NCBI GenBank assembly: GCA_964016885.1
Contig: OZ024740.1
Location: forward strand, 408,270,001-408,334,000
From: Eledone cirrhosa
Lineage: Eukaryota
DNA: 64,000 bases
Reading direction: 5' to 3'
The notes below the pieces were generated by a model, which saw nothing but the letters and a program-made list of their open reading frames with translations, was not told the origin of the DNA and ran no database searches. The translations under genes and the position numbers were made by a program. Below are positions 52,373 to 64,000 of this stretch, one piece after another. Numbering within the stretch: the first letter of the stretch is position 1; every line of letters starts with the position of its first letter.

Positions 52373-52937
52373 AGCGAGAAGGATAGGTTTAGGTGAGATC
52401 CCCGTATTTAATGAACGTAAACAAAAATACAAGATTTGTTTAGTAAAATACGCCAAAAACTTCCGTATTTTTACAAGCATGACAGAAATACAAGAGATTT
52501 GTTTTGGAAAATACATGGGGAAATAGGATGGATGGATGACTAGTGAGACAAGAATTGGAAAGAGGATAGAAAAAATGCTATTGGAAGGACTAAATATGCT
52601 ATTGGAAGGACTATGGAATTAGGCGGATGTTAGAAGAGGTAGAAAAATGAGTACATTACATTATAACCATGAATGAATGAAATTCAGCCACAAATTTGGC
52701 GAAAGTGAATTACTTTGTCTTATATATGTATATGGGTAGAGAGAGAGAGGGGGGTGGTGGTGGTGATTTGACCGCATGTTGTAGAGTGTGGTGGAGGGGG
52801 AGAAGATATTAAGGAGCGGGAATTAAGAGTTTGAAATAATAACAAATATATTTAAAATATTGTTAAGAGTTTGAAGTAACAAATATATTTAAAATATTTG
52901 TATATGAGAAGGATAGGTTTAGGTGAGATCCCCGTAT
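52373..52937. repeat. Homologue of the 7195-7907 repeat (one ~530-bp unit plus ~32-bp terminal redundancy)
   Basis: GAGAAGGATAGGTTTAGGTGAGATCCCCGTAT at 52376 and 52906; shared GCCACAAATTTGGCGAAAGTGAATTAC and GGGAATTAAGAGTTTGAAATAATAAC blocks. Confidence 0.9.
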
Positions 52938-52967
52938 ATATATACATATATATATATATACATATAC

Positions 52968-52999
<32 letters not shown>

Positions 53000-53005
53000 A
53001 TATAC

Positions 53006-53084
<79 letters not shown>

Positions 53085-53150
53085 ATCCGTCTAACCCATG
53101 CTAACATGGAAGAACGGACGTAAAACGGTGATGATGATGATGATGATTAT

Positions 53151-54094
53151 AAGTACATACATATATGTATACAGACGTACAGTAGTATGTATATATATAC
53201 ATACATGCACACATATATATATATATGTACGTATGGATTCACCGAACATTTATTATAATGGTCGGTTTGTTTGTAAACAAACATCCCGAATTAAGCTGTA
53301 CAGTGTTTAGCAACCATCGTTGCCCTTTTGTTCAACACTGACAAAGGAACAACGTACTAGTTTCAAGCTTATTAGCTATCGTCAGCTTCCTGCTAGATGA
53401 TTGAATGTTTGAAAGTATATACTTTCCTTATGCATATTAACGGTTGAGCAGCCTAATTTGCATATTGAGTGAGATAATCGGCCGGGGTACCGAAAACGAT
53501 AAATGGAAAAAATGAAACAAAATTTCATTTCTCACGCATTATAATAAATGCTCGGTGAATCCATACGTACATATATATGTGTGCATGTATGTATTTATAT
53601 ACATACTACTGTACGTCTGTATACATATATGTATGTACATATACATACTTATATTTAAGTAACAACCATACTAAGAGTGAGAAATTAAATTTCATTTTAT
53701 TTTTTCCGTTTATCGTTTTTGGTGCACCCGGCTGATTAACTCACTCGATATGCAAATTAGGCTGCTCAGCCGTTAATATGCATAAGGAAAGTACATACTT
53801 TCAGACATTCAATCATCTGCCAGGAAGGTAAACGTTGCTGATGATAGCTAATAAGCTTGAAACTAGTACATCGTTCCTTTGTCAGTGTTGAACAAAAGGG
53901 CAACGTTGGCTTAATTTGAGATGTTTGTTTACAAACAAACCGAGCATTATAATAAATGTTTGGTGAATCCATACGTACATATATATATGTGTGCATGTAT
54001 GTATATACATACATACTACTGTACGTATACATACTTATATTTAAGTAACAGCCGTACTAAGAGTGAGAAATGAAATTTTGTTTCATTTTTTCCA
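53151..54094. mobile_element. Penelope-pLTR/retrozyme-like element: ~410-bp unit in tandem plus an inverted copy
   Basis: 53151-53535 is the reverse complement of about 53676-54030; GCATTATAATAAATG..GGTGAATCCATACG recurs at 53536 and 53944; contains a hammerhead motif. Confidence 0.7.
53831..53875 (+). ncRNA. Minimal type I hammerhead ribozyme motif
   Basis: AACGTTG-CTGATGA-T-AGC(TAATAA)GCT-T-GAAA-CTAG-TA-CATCGTT: conserved core, palindromic stem III, GUA site, stem I 6/7 paired. A degenerate second copy lies on the minus strand at 53348-53390. Confidence 0.65.
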
Positions 54095-54152
54095 TATATA
54101 TATATATATATATATACGTATATATGTATACATATATATATATATATATATA

Positions 54153-55156
54153 TCATCATCATCATCATCATCAACGTTTAACGTCCGTGTTCCACGCTTG
54201 CATGGGTTTGGACGGGGGTAGTCCCACTTGAGGCAAGAGTGATTGTCTTGCTCGCATAGGACTGTCTGGCAGGTTTTCTACAGTTGGATGCCCTTCCTAA
54301 CACCAACCACATTTACAGTGTGGGTCTGGGAGGTTTTTACCGTGTTGCCTACACGGCCACATTACAGCGTGGACTGTGTGTTTTTTTGTCGTGACACCTA
54401 CACGATCTCATTTGTTTCGGCCTGGATGGCGCGGCACCAACATAACTTTACATAGAATGGGGTGGTGTGGATGGGGTGGGGGTGGTGGGACGGGGTGTAT
54501 TTTGTTAGAGATGCCTACTGGCTGGAGTAGGTTTTACTATATATTTAGGTAAGGCGGGTCTTCTCTGTTACTGAGTACCGCCAAAGGTCTCGGTCCAGTG
54601 GCATTGTCTTGGAGAGGTGTAAGTGTGTGATGTCGGAGTTTATCAGCTCGTCCCAGGTTTTTCTAGGTCTGCCTATTCCGTGACTACCGTCTATCTTTAT
54701 TGCCCTGCACTTTGTTATACAGCTATCGACTTTCATGCGCATCACGTGTCCATACCAAGTTTACTCTCGAGTAAACAACATCTGATCCCTCTTATCTCTA
54801 ATTTTTTCCTTAGTTCGTTTATGCTTTGCCGTTCACGTATATTACTGTTACACATCCAGCGGAGCATGCAAGCTTCGTTCCTCTCTAGTCTGCGTATATC
54901 CTCTGCACACAATGCCCAGGTCTCACTGCCATGCAACATTGCTGTTCGTATGCAGGCATCGTACAACCTGCCTTTCATTTTTAGGGAGAACCCTTTAGCA
55001 GCTAATAGTGGTATAAGCTCTCTGAACTTTTTCCAACCAGTTCTGACTCTAGCTACAGTACTTTCAGAGCACCCTCCCCCACTGCTGATTTTATCGCCCA
55101 AGTAACGGAAGCTGTCCACTATTTCTATAGAACCCTCTGCGCAATTGAAAGAGCTA

Positions 55157-55159
<3 letters not shown>
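54153..55159 (-). mobile_element. RTE-A 3' fragment between (TA)n tracts
   Basis: ORFs 54742-55236 and 54545-54745; (CAT)n tail. Confidence 0.96.
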
Positions 55160-55220
<61 letters not shown>

Positions 55221-55221
55221 G

Positions 55222-55313
<92 letters not shown>

Positions 55314-55329
55314 CACATATATATATATA

Positions 55330-55827
55330 TATGTTTCTATTACTTCTGTACTGTATTTATTTACTTTGTTCTTAACTCTGTAGCGGAGATTCATTTGGTC
55401 TCCTAGTTAGAATTTTAGTCTACGACTTCTGCTATACCATTTACGTGGTTTTGTCTTTGCGTGCTATTGTTCTCCACGCTCCACATATGACTTATTATCT
55501 TCGTTTTTTCGTTCATTGCCAGAGAACGTCTCTATGCACCACCTAAGAGAACATTAGTCTACGACCTCCTTTATACCATAAACGTGGTTCTGTCTTTGCG
55601 CGTAATTGTTTTTCACCGCTCCTATTAATGACGTATTATTCGTTTTTTCCCGTTCTTTGCCAGCGAACGTTTCCACGAACCAAAGTATCGTCTTCCTGTC
55701 TTCCTCCGGTTGCAACGTTTTTTGAAATATCCAGTTCTGCGTTTACAGATTGACTTTGTTAGTTTCAGAAGATCCCATTAAGGGTGAAAGTAGCGATTCT
55801 TTGCTTAAACTTTAATCTGTTATTTTA

Positions 55828-55830
<3 letters not shown>
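55330..55830. repeat. Interspersed repeat with ~139-bp internal tandem duplication; shares ~90 bp with 12436-12528 (inverted)
   Basis: TAGTCTACGAC...TTGCCAG.GAACG occurs twice; TAGTTTCAGAAGATCC..TTAAGGGTGAAAG.AGCGATTCTTTGC is also in the 12228 Helitron-like element. Confidence 0.7.
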
Positions 55831-55877
<47 letters not shown>

Positions 55878-56355
55878 ATATATATATAAAAATTCTAAAG
55901 GCAATTAGAGATTGTAGTCTTCCAAAGAGTCTAACAGACAAAATGAATCGCAAGATTAACAAGATTAATTAATGGTCCTAATCATTTAAACTCTCATTGC
56001 AATAACTTAAGTCAAAATTACAGGCTATAATATATTGCCACGTCATTTTCATTCCTAAATGAACACCCTAACCACTACCTATTCATACCACTAAGAATAT
56101 CACCTCTGTCAACTCGACTTGACTTCTGATGACTCATCTTTGTGTAATGCTTTATCATATCTCCTCCTACTCATCTTTCTTTAAGTTCTTCTCTGTATCT
56201 GCTCCATTTCTTTCCACATATTTACTAACAATATGACCAGCATGATCCAATGTGATAGGTTCTTTTTGTTTGCTTGATCTGCTGTAAATTGTAATCAAAT
56301 TTCTGTCAGATCATACCCTACCATCTTAAAAAAAGGAAAGGACTAAAGAGATAAT

Positions 56356-56520
56356 TGTTTCTACTTTTGGCACAAGGCCAGCAATTACCCAGTACATTAC
56401 TGGTACTTTATTTTATCGACCCCGTAAGGATGAAAGGCAAAGTTAACCTCGGCGGGATTTGAACTCAGACCGTAAAGCATGGCGTCCGACTCTCTACCGA
56501 TACTGCCAATTCACCGCCTT
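56356..56520 (-). mobile_element. SINE family 1 with 17-bp target-site duplication, nested in a family-3 repeat
   Basis: AGGACTAAAGAGATAAT at 56339 and 56521. Confidence 0.92.
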
Positions 56521-57307
56521 AGGACTAAAGAGATAATGTACTCCTAGATACATTATCTGAAAGAAAGATAGAATGGTCATGCCTGGATTTTTGTTCTATT
56601 TACCTCTTTATTTATCTATCTACCTATTTATCCACTTTCCTATCTACCTATCTATCTGTTTGCCTATCTGGCTGTGTATAGCTATCTATTTATTTATATT
56701 TACCAATATATCTATCTTCAGACAAGAACAACAATATCAATGACAAAGAAATATGAATCCAGTTAGCAGTCCAAAGATAGATAGACACATAGTTAGAAGA
56801 AACTCATAATAATTTAATGGATATTATGTTTGATAATGACTACATAAAATGTGCAAGAAAATTATTGTAATTGATCTAAATGAAAGTAAAATGAAATACT
56901 GTGATTGCCAGAGTGACAAGAGAATACTTGAGGATTCAAGTATCTTTAGATAAAATATTGTAATTAAAGAATTATTAAATTTAATATTTTTTCTTTTACT
57001 TTGAACTCCATAATTTTTTATGGATAGTATACCTAAATATATATCAATAAAAACTCTGAGGCCATATTCATTTGATTTAGGTTTATTAAAATTCATGATA
57101 AATATTTCACTGAGGACTATCAATTATGACAGCCTGAGCTCCTCAGACAGTAAACCTATAAAACAATGAAATTTCATAAAATCTTTAAATTTGGAAAAGC
57201 TTTACTTTTCTTGATTCAGAGGGCCAGCCGGACATGTGACGTTAGTTGGTCTAGCTTATATCTCCCAAAGTCGAAATTTTGGCTTAATTTTATATATATA
57301 TATATAT

Positions 57308-59103
57308 ACTATAGAGGCATTAAATTAATCGACCAGGTCATGAAGGTCACGGAAAAAGTAATAGCGCAACTAATCAGAGAGAGAATTGATCTAGATGAAA
57401 TGCAGTTCGGGTTTGTGTCAGGCAAAAGCACCACAGACGCTCTTTTCATAGTACGACAACTACAGGAGAAGTACCTAGCTAAAGGTAAACCCCTCTACTT
57501 AGCTTTTGTCGACCTGGAGAAAGCCTTCGACAGAGTCCCCCGCTCCATTATCTGGTGGGCTCTTAGAAAACTAGGCGTTGACGAATGGCTTGTGAGGGCT
57601 ATACAAGCCATGTATAAAGAAACAGTCAGCAAGGTTAGAATTAACAACGAATATAGTGAAGAGTTTAGCGTAAAAGTTGGCGTCCATCAGGGCTCTGTTC
57701 TCAGCCCCCTACTATTTATTATTGCCCTTCAGGCTATAACAGAGGAGTTCAAGACAGGCTGCCCATGGGAACTCCTATACGCAGACGACCTGACACTCAT
57801 AGCGGAATCAATGGCCGAGCTAGAGAAGAAATTCCAAACATGGAAGCACGGCCTAGAGTCAAAAGGACTTAAAATTAACCTGGCTAAGACCAAAGTTCTA
57901 GTTTGTAGGAAAGAAAACAAGGCGGCGGTCCCTTCTGGGAAATGGTCGTGCTCGGTATGTAGGAAAGGCGTAGGTAGAAACTCCATCTTATGTCCTAAAT
58001 GCAAAGTATGGGTGCATAAAAGATGTAGTGGGATCACAGGTAAGCTAACTAAGAACATAGACTTTACATGTGGCCGGTGTTCTGGTGCAATAAGTAGCAG
58101 CAAGTGCCCACAAAATACTAGCTCTTTCAATTGCGCAGAGGGTTCTATAGAAATAGTGGACAGCTTCCGTTACCTGGGCGATAAAATCAGCAGTGGGGGA
58201 GGGTGCTCTGAAAGTACTGTAGCTAGAGTCAGAACTGGTTGGAAAAAGTTCAGAGAGCTTATACCACTATTAGCTGCTAAAGGGTTCTCCCTAAAAATGA
58301 AAGGCAGGTTGTACGATGCCTGCATACGAACAGCAATGTTGCATGGTAGTGAGACCTGGGCATTGTGTGCAGAGGATATACGCAGACTAGAGAGGAACGA
58401 AGCTTGCATGCTCCGCTGGATGTGTAACAGTAATATACGTGAACGGCAAAGCATAAACGAACTAAGGAAAAAATTAGAGATAAGAGGGATCAGATGTTGT
58501 TTACTCGAGAGAAGGCTGCGTTGGTATGGACACGTGATGCGCATGAAAGTCGATAGCTGTATTACAAAGTGCAGGGCAATAAAGATAGACGGTAGCCACG
58601 GAATAGGCAGACCTAGAAAAACATGGGATGAGCTGATAAACTCCGACCTCACACACTTACACCTCTCCAAGACAATGTCACTGGACCGTGACCTTTGGCG
58701 GTACTCAGTAACAGAGAAGACCCGCCTTGCCAGTAGGCATCTCTAACAAACTACACCCCGTCCCGCCACCACCCCCACCCCATCCACACCACCCCGTTCT
58801 ATGTAAAGTTATGTTGGTGCCGCGCCATCCAGGCCGAAACAAATGAGATCGTGTAGGTGTCACGACAAAAAAAACACACAGTCCACGCTGTAATGTGGCC
58901 GTGTAGGCAACACGGTAAAAACCTCCCAGACCCACACTGTAAATGTGGTTGGTGTTAGGAAGGGCATCCAACTGTAGAAAACCTGCCAGACAGTCCTATG
59001 CGAGCAAGACAATCACTCTTGCCTCAAGTGGGACTACCCCCGTCCAAACCCATGCAAGCGTGGAACACGGACGTTAAACGTTGATGATGATGATGATGAT
59101 GAT
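57308..59103 (+). mobile_element. 5'-truncated RTE-A with an uninterrupted RT-PHD-C-terminal frame (young copy)
   Basis: ORF 57166-58746 (RTE part starts at YRGIKL); 5' end in a TA run; (GAT)n tail. Confidence 0.97.
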
Positions 59104-59185
59104 AGTGTCCCCAACCATGGTTTGTGGAATTAAGAAACAATATTAATTATTTCAGTACATTAAAACAACCATTATTAGAAGAATA

Positions 59186-59376
59186 GCGGTGGATTGGCAG
59201 TATCAATAGAGAGTCGGACGCCATGCTTTGCAGCAAAGAGTTACGGCCCTTTATTGTCTAAGTTCAAATCCTGCCAAGGTTAACTTTGCCTTTCATCCTT
59301 ACGGGGTCAATAAAATAAAGTACCAGTAATGTACTGGGTAATTGCTGGCCTTGTGCCAAAAGTAGAAACAATTATT
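59186..59376 (+). mobile_element. SINE family 1 with ATTATTAGAAGAAT target duplication
   Basis: Duplication near 59172 and 59371. A further 5'-truncated copy lies at 60120-60251. Confidence 0.92.
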
Positions 59377-59868
59377 AGAAGAATTTATTCTGCCTTCAGG
59401 GAGAAATTCTTTGGAACTAGAAAAAATATTTAATAGATAGTATACAAATCATGTCGTTACCAAGACCACATGGTGTCCAACAAGTTGTGTCATTGAACTA
59501 CCAAATGAACAGATCTCTCTAAATATATTAGGATAATATGACAGGCTTATAATGACACTAGAAATAGCACCCAAAAACCCATTTAAATCTACTCAACTGT
59601 GGAGTATATGAGTAAAACTAACTTATTTTAGTTGGTCTAGCTTATATCCCACCAAATCAGGATTTGGGCTTAAGTTTAATGTTTAATTGCTTTCTTAGTT
59701 GATATTTTATCTTTTCATTGATATATCTACTATTAGAGGCAAATAACTTTTTTATATACATTATATATAAGTGTGTGTGTCTGTTAAGTATTTCCAAAGA
59801 AAAAGCAAAGGAAAAAAGCGTGCTCTATGCAAAATACAGAGCTATTTAATTAGAAAGTAAACAACACA

Positions 59869-59960
59869 ATATGACTACTCCATTACCACAGGTTTCAGGA
59901 CCCAGACAATATTAACGTATGTCTGGGATCCTGAAACCTTTGATAATGGAGTAGTTATAT
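59869..59960. other. ~92-nt imperfect hairpin
   Basis: ATATGACTACTCCATTACCACAGGTTTCAGGA-CCCAGACA / 11-nt loop / TGTCTGGGATCCTGAAACCTTTGATAATGGAGTAGTTATAT. Confidence 0.85.
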
Positions 59961-60596
59961 ATATATAACAAATACAGAGATGATATATGAAATATATGCA
60001 TACAGTCATACATCTATATTTAATAAGCAGCTGGAAATGAGGATTGGTTCATCTAGTTTAATAATTCCAATAATTCAATATTCAATTAGGTATTTTGGGA
60101 TGACTAGTACACCTGTATTATGGCCCTTATCATTCTGAGTTCAAATCCCGCCGAGGTTAACTTTACCTTTCATCCTTACGGGGTCGATAAAATAAAGTAC
60201 CAGTAATGCACTGGATAATTGCTGGCCTTGTGCCAAAAGTAGAAACAATTATATACTAATACTATTAAAAACTTCTGCCTATTCAAAAGAGAATCATTAT
60301 TGGTGTTTTACTTGATTGAGTCATCTATTCTTATGTTCATCATTCAATCTTTTTCTTTAGAAATTATTCACATTACTTGAGCTTTCATTTGCTTAATAGT
60401 TGCTTATTTGGCCAAATAATTTTCTATTAGTGTTCGTCTTACTAGCTTTTTTAAATTCAGTAGCTTTCATTTCATGTTCTTCCTTTCTCGATATTTTCTG
60501 TTACATTTTCAATACATAATTATGTTTATAGTTAATTAAGCAAATTTTTTAACAATCAATGAACATGATGAAAATAAATAACATTTACAGACAATA

Positions 60597-61234
60597 ATTG
60601 AAATTGTGTGCAGAAAAGAAAAATTGATTGTTTTGTTAAAAACATTGATCTCTCAATAAACTAAATCATACAAACTTAAAATAATTGTTTCTATTTTTGG
60701 CACAAGGCCAGCAATTACCCAGTACATTACTGGTACTTTATTTTATCGACCCCGTAAGGATGAAAGGCAAAGTTAACCTCGGTGGGATTTGAACTTAGAT
60801 CATAAAGGGGCGTCTGATCTGAGTTCAAATCCCGCCGAAGTTGACTTTGTCTTTCATCCTTACGAGGTCGATAAAATAAAGTACCTGTAATGTACTGGGT
60901 AATTGCCGGCCAAAAATAGAAACAATTATTTTAAGTTTGTATGATTTAGTTTATTGAGAGATCGATATTTTTAACAAAACAATCAATTTTTCTTCTCTGC
61001 ACACAATTTCAATACAAACTTTAAATAATTGTTTCTACTTTAGGCACAAGGCCAGCAATTACCCAGTGCATTACTGGTACTTTATTTTATCGACCCCGTA
61101 AGGATGAAAGGCAAAGTAAACCTTGGCGGGATTTGAACTCAGACCGTAAAGGGACGTAACTATGCTGGAAAGCATGGCGTCCGACTCTCTACCGATACTG
61201 CCAATCCACCACCACTATACAAACTTAAAATAAT
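60597..61234. repeat. Inverted triplication around a SINE-1 insertion (~417-bp fold-back plus full SINE 61026-61212)
   Basis: 60597-60802 is mirrored by 60815-61013; ATACAAACTT(A/T)AAATAAT at 60668, 61012 and 61217. Confidence 0.9.
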
Positions 61235-61630
61235 GATAGATATTTGTACACTAACTGAATTTTCTTGGATTCTACCATTTCACTCTTTCTTTTCATTCAA
61301 TAAAAACAAAAATATTTTCTTCTTTAACTCACATTTCATGAATAGTATGCTATGTGAGGCTATAGGTCTTACACTATAACCTTAGATAAGAGGTGTTACT
61401 CTATCACTACTAAACCACCTGAATGGAAACAGGTTTGTCATTTTGAGGGCAATCATAAATCTTTTATTTAAATCCTTAGGCCTATCTAATCAATGAAATT
61501 GCGTGAAAATAGTGTCTATTGACGAATTCTTATTCAGTTAATTGAATTCCTTATACTGTCCAATCACACTTCATGAAATTATTCAGATTGTTAGATACAT
61601 AAATCTTAATGATATATCCTTGTTTCATCA

Positions 61631-61790
61631 AGGCACGTGGCCTAGTGGTAAGGGTGTTGGACTTACAATCATAATGCTGTGGATTTGATTCTTGGACTAG
61701 GTTGTGTGTTCTGTTCTTGAGCAGAACACTTTATTTCACATTGCTCCAATACATTCAGCTGAAAATGCGATCGACTGGCATCCTACAGCA
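61631..61790 (+). mobile_element. Diverged SINE family 2 head and core
   Basis: GGCACGTGGCCTAGTGGTAAG...TTCTTGAGCAGAACACTTTATTTCACATTGCTCC. Confidence 0.7.
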
Positions 61791-62185
61791 TGCTGTAGAT
61801 AATCTAGATAAACAATGTTTAAAATTAAGAAGAGACTGATATAAGAGATGTTATTTAAAATATAGAAGCAGTAATACTTCTATCTAAAGTTATATTTCTA
61901 ATTAAAGAACCAATTATGTAGAAGATTGCTGCAACAGTGTAGGTTGTGATTTATACTGGTTAGGTTAAATACAGGCCTACTGATGTTTATGATGAGGAGA
62001 ATGGTAGTGTAATGAAAATGATGATCATCAGTTTTACTCAGTTTTACAAACTAGTATGGGTTGGACGAAATTTGTTGTTTTTATTTTTTTAGGCAGTATT
62101 CTATAGATGGATTTTTAGGTTGGGTACTGATGTTTGCATGTTGAGCTGCTGCACTTCCGTTGATGCAGGACATAAAAAACATGAT

Positions 62186-62220
<35 letters not shown>

Positions 62221-64000
62221 GGCAGACTTTGTACAGTCTCAGTCTATAAAATTCATTCTCAAGGCAATATTAAAAGACATTAATTAGCCTAAGGTTCCAC
62301 AAAGTGTAATGGAACCTGTAACTATGTGGTTGTGAAGCAAATTTCTTAACAACATAGCCACATCTGCCTTTAGTGGATTCTGTAACCACAAAGCCATGCC
62401 TGTGCCTATAATGTATTCAGATCTTGGAACTTTGAAGTTGATTTAATGTATTCTTGTATTGGTTTCAATCATTGGGCTGCAACCAACCTTACTGGAGTAA
62501 CACATTCAAGGGTTTAGTCAGTTGTATGGAACCCAGTACTTATTTCACTCTTGTATTAATTTTATTGGTCTCTATTTGTTGAACATCTAAGTTACAAAAC
62601 ATAAGGGGACTCAATATAAACACAGGCATGGATATTCACACACAAACACACACATACTCAGTAATAAGACAGGTTTACTCTACAGGGTATACGACTGGCT
62701 TCTGCACAGTTTGGTTTACCAAATCCTATTCATAAAGTAGATTGGTCAACCTGAGTGTATAGTAAAAGTTACTTGCTCAAGTATGGGATCAAACCCAGAA
62801 GGTAAAAATAAAAATTAAATTTTGGAGCTTCAAAGTGAAGGTTAATGTTTATCATCAATCAGCTCTGATCAAGCAGACCTATTATTAAAGATATTCCAAC
62901 TGTGACTATCCTGTCTTACTTTCATACACAGATCTGAAAGAGATCTGGCTGCTGTTTCTAGAAGTTTGAGTGACCACATCATTCATTCACCATGTTAATG
63001 TTGTTGTTATGCCCCTGGTCAGTTCTAATTGAGCATTCCAGCTGTGACCAGCCCATGTTTTCAGATAATATATCGAGGACTATGTTATCCAATGTTTTCT
63101 TCCCTTTTTAAAATGATAGATGTGGTTTGTGGAGTATATTGCTGCTATTTCTAGCAGGTTGAGTGATCATATTTTCAAATATATTAGATGTTTTATTATA
63201 TTAAATGTTCAAATGACAACAGTGAGAGATGTTATTCAAAATTAGCAATAAAAACTGATTCTGAAGTCAGGAAAACAAGTATAATTTAATTTGCATTTGA
63301 ATTATAATTTTGCTTTATTTATTAAGCTATGAAACTATTTTAGCAATATAGTTTAGTTTTTCTATGATGATCATGATAGTTTTGGAAATTATTTGTAATG
63401 AAAGTGGTTTTTAAATTAATAGAGAAAAATAGTTTCAGACCATTATTGATGACACACAGTGGTTGGCTGCTATAACTTCATCTTACATAGGGAACTATAA
63501 CTGTTGTTACCAATAGGAGACTAATTGTGAAAACTAGAGTAAATATTCTATTGCAAAGTTACATGTTATTCATCTCCACTTTTATAAGATGCTGAAGATA
63601 TGAAGGATTGTTTTATTGCAAAATTTTATTTTGAGATAGTGCGCTGCAAAATTTCCCTGCATGTTAATGAGACATAGACTTGTTTTTTTTTTTTGTTATT
63701 AGAGGCTTTGATAAATCATGGTGCTCATTTTTATAGTTTTGCTTTGACGTGATTCACTAGACCAGTGTATCACTGCACACTTTTACTATAAGGCTTTACT
63801 GTGCAGAAGATCTATAATTATCCACTTTATGTGTGTAATTCATGTTATAATAGTTTTTAAGTATTGTCCATGTTTTATGTTCACTTCTTTTATGATGCAG
63901 ATTAGAATCTCACTTGAAGTTCTGGTTGTTTGAATTGATTAGAGATGCAACATAGCAAAATATTCTGTCTCTGACTAGTTTCCTAATGCTCTTTGTTGCT

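Noticed and set aside
52686-52716. Half-hammerhead GCCA-caaatt-TGGC-GAAA-GTGAATTACTT in the RTE-upstream repeat
   Set aside because: No CUGANGA box before the stem in any of the three copies.
52898-53123. YI/CV/HT-repeat ORFs, also 12589-12886, 28760-29086, 55125-55394
   Set aside because: Translations of microsatellites.
55765-55800. Hammerhead-like CAGAAGA-T-CCC..GGG-T-GAAA (also 12440-12480 minus)
   Set aside because: Both copies have CAGA instead of CUGA and lack a stem III/UH site; at best a dead relic.

Overview
Eukaryotic, AT-rich, repeat-dense DNA, most consistent with a mollusc/cephalopod (octopus-like) genome; this is inferred from repeat types and composition only. The only host coding sequence I can support is one 124-bp internal exon of a FAM20B-like secretory-pathway kinase (41562-41685, +), so the window is probably almost all intron. 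It holds about 14 sizeable copies or fragments (plus short 3' stubs) of two RTE-clade LINE families, A and B, with APE + RT and (GAT)n tails. Their RT carries an in-frame C4HC3 PHD finger. Also present: three tRNA-type/other SINE families, three CRE-like (restriction-like endonuclease) LINE remnants, TTAA piggyBac-type MITEs, non-autonomous Helitrons, a tRNA-Val pseudogene and microsatellites. Most notable: (1) the PHD finger inside the RT; (2) a U6 snRNA-RTE chimera; (3) both full-length RTE-A copies start at the same nucleotide and are joined to the same >1-unit repeat in different phases; (4) a tandem/inverted ~410-bp element with a minimal hammerhead ribozyme motif (Penelope/retrozyme-like); (5) several template-switch and fold-back scars. 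Coordinates were read by eye and may be off by a few bases.
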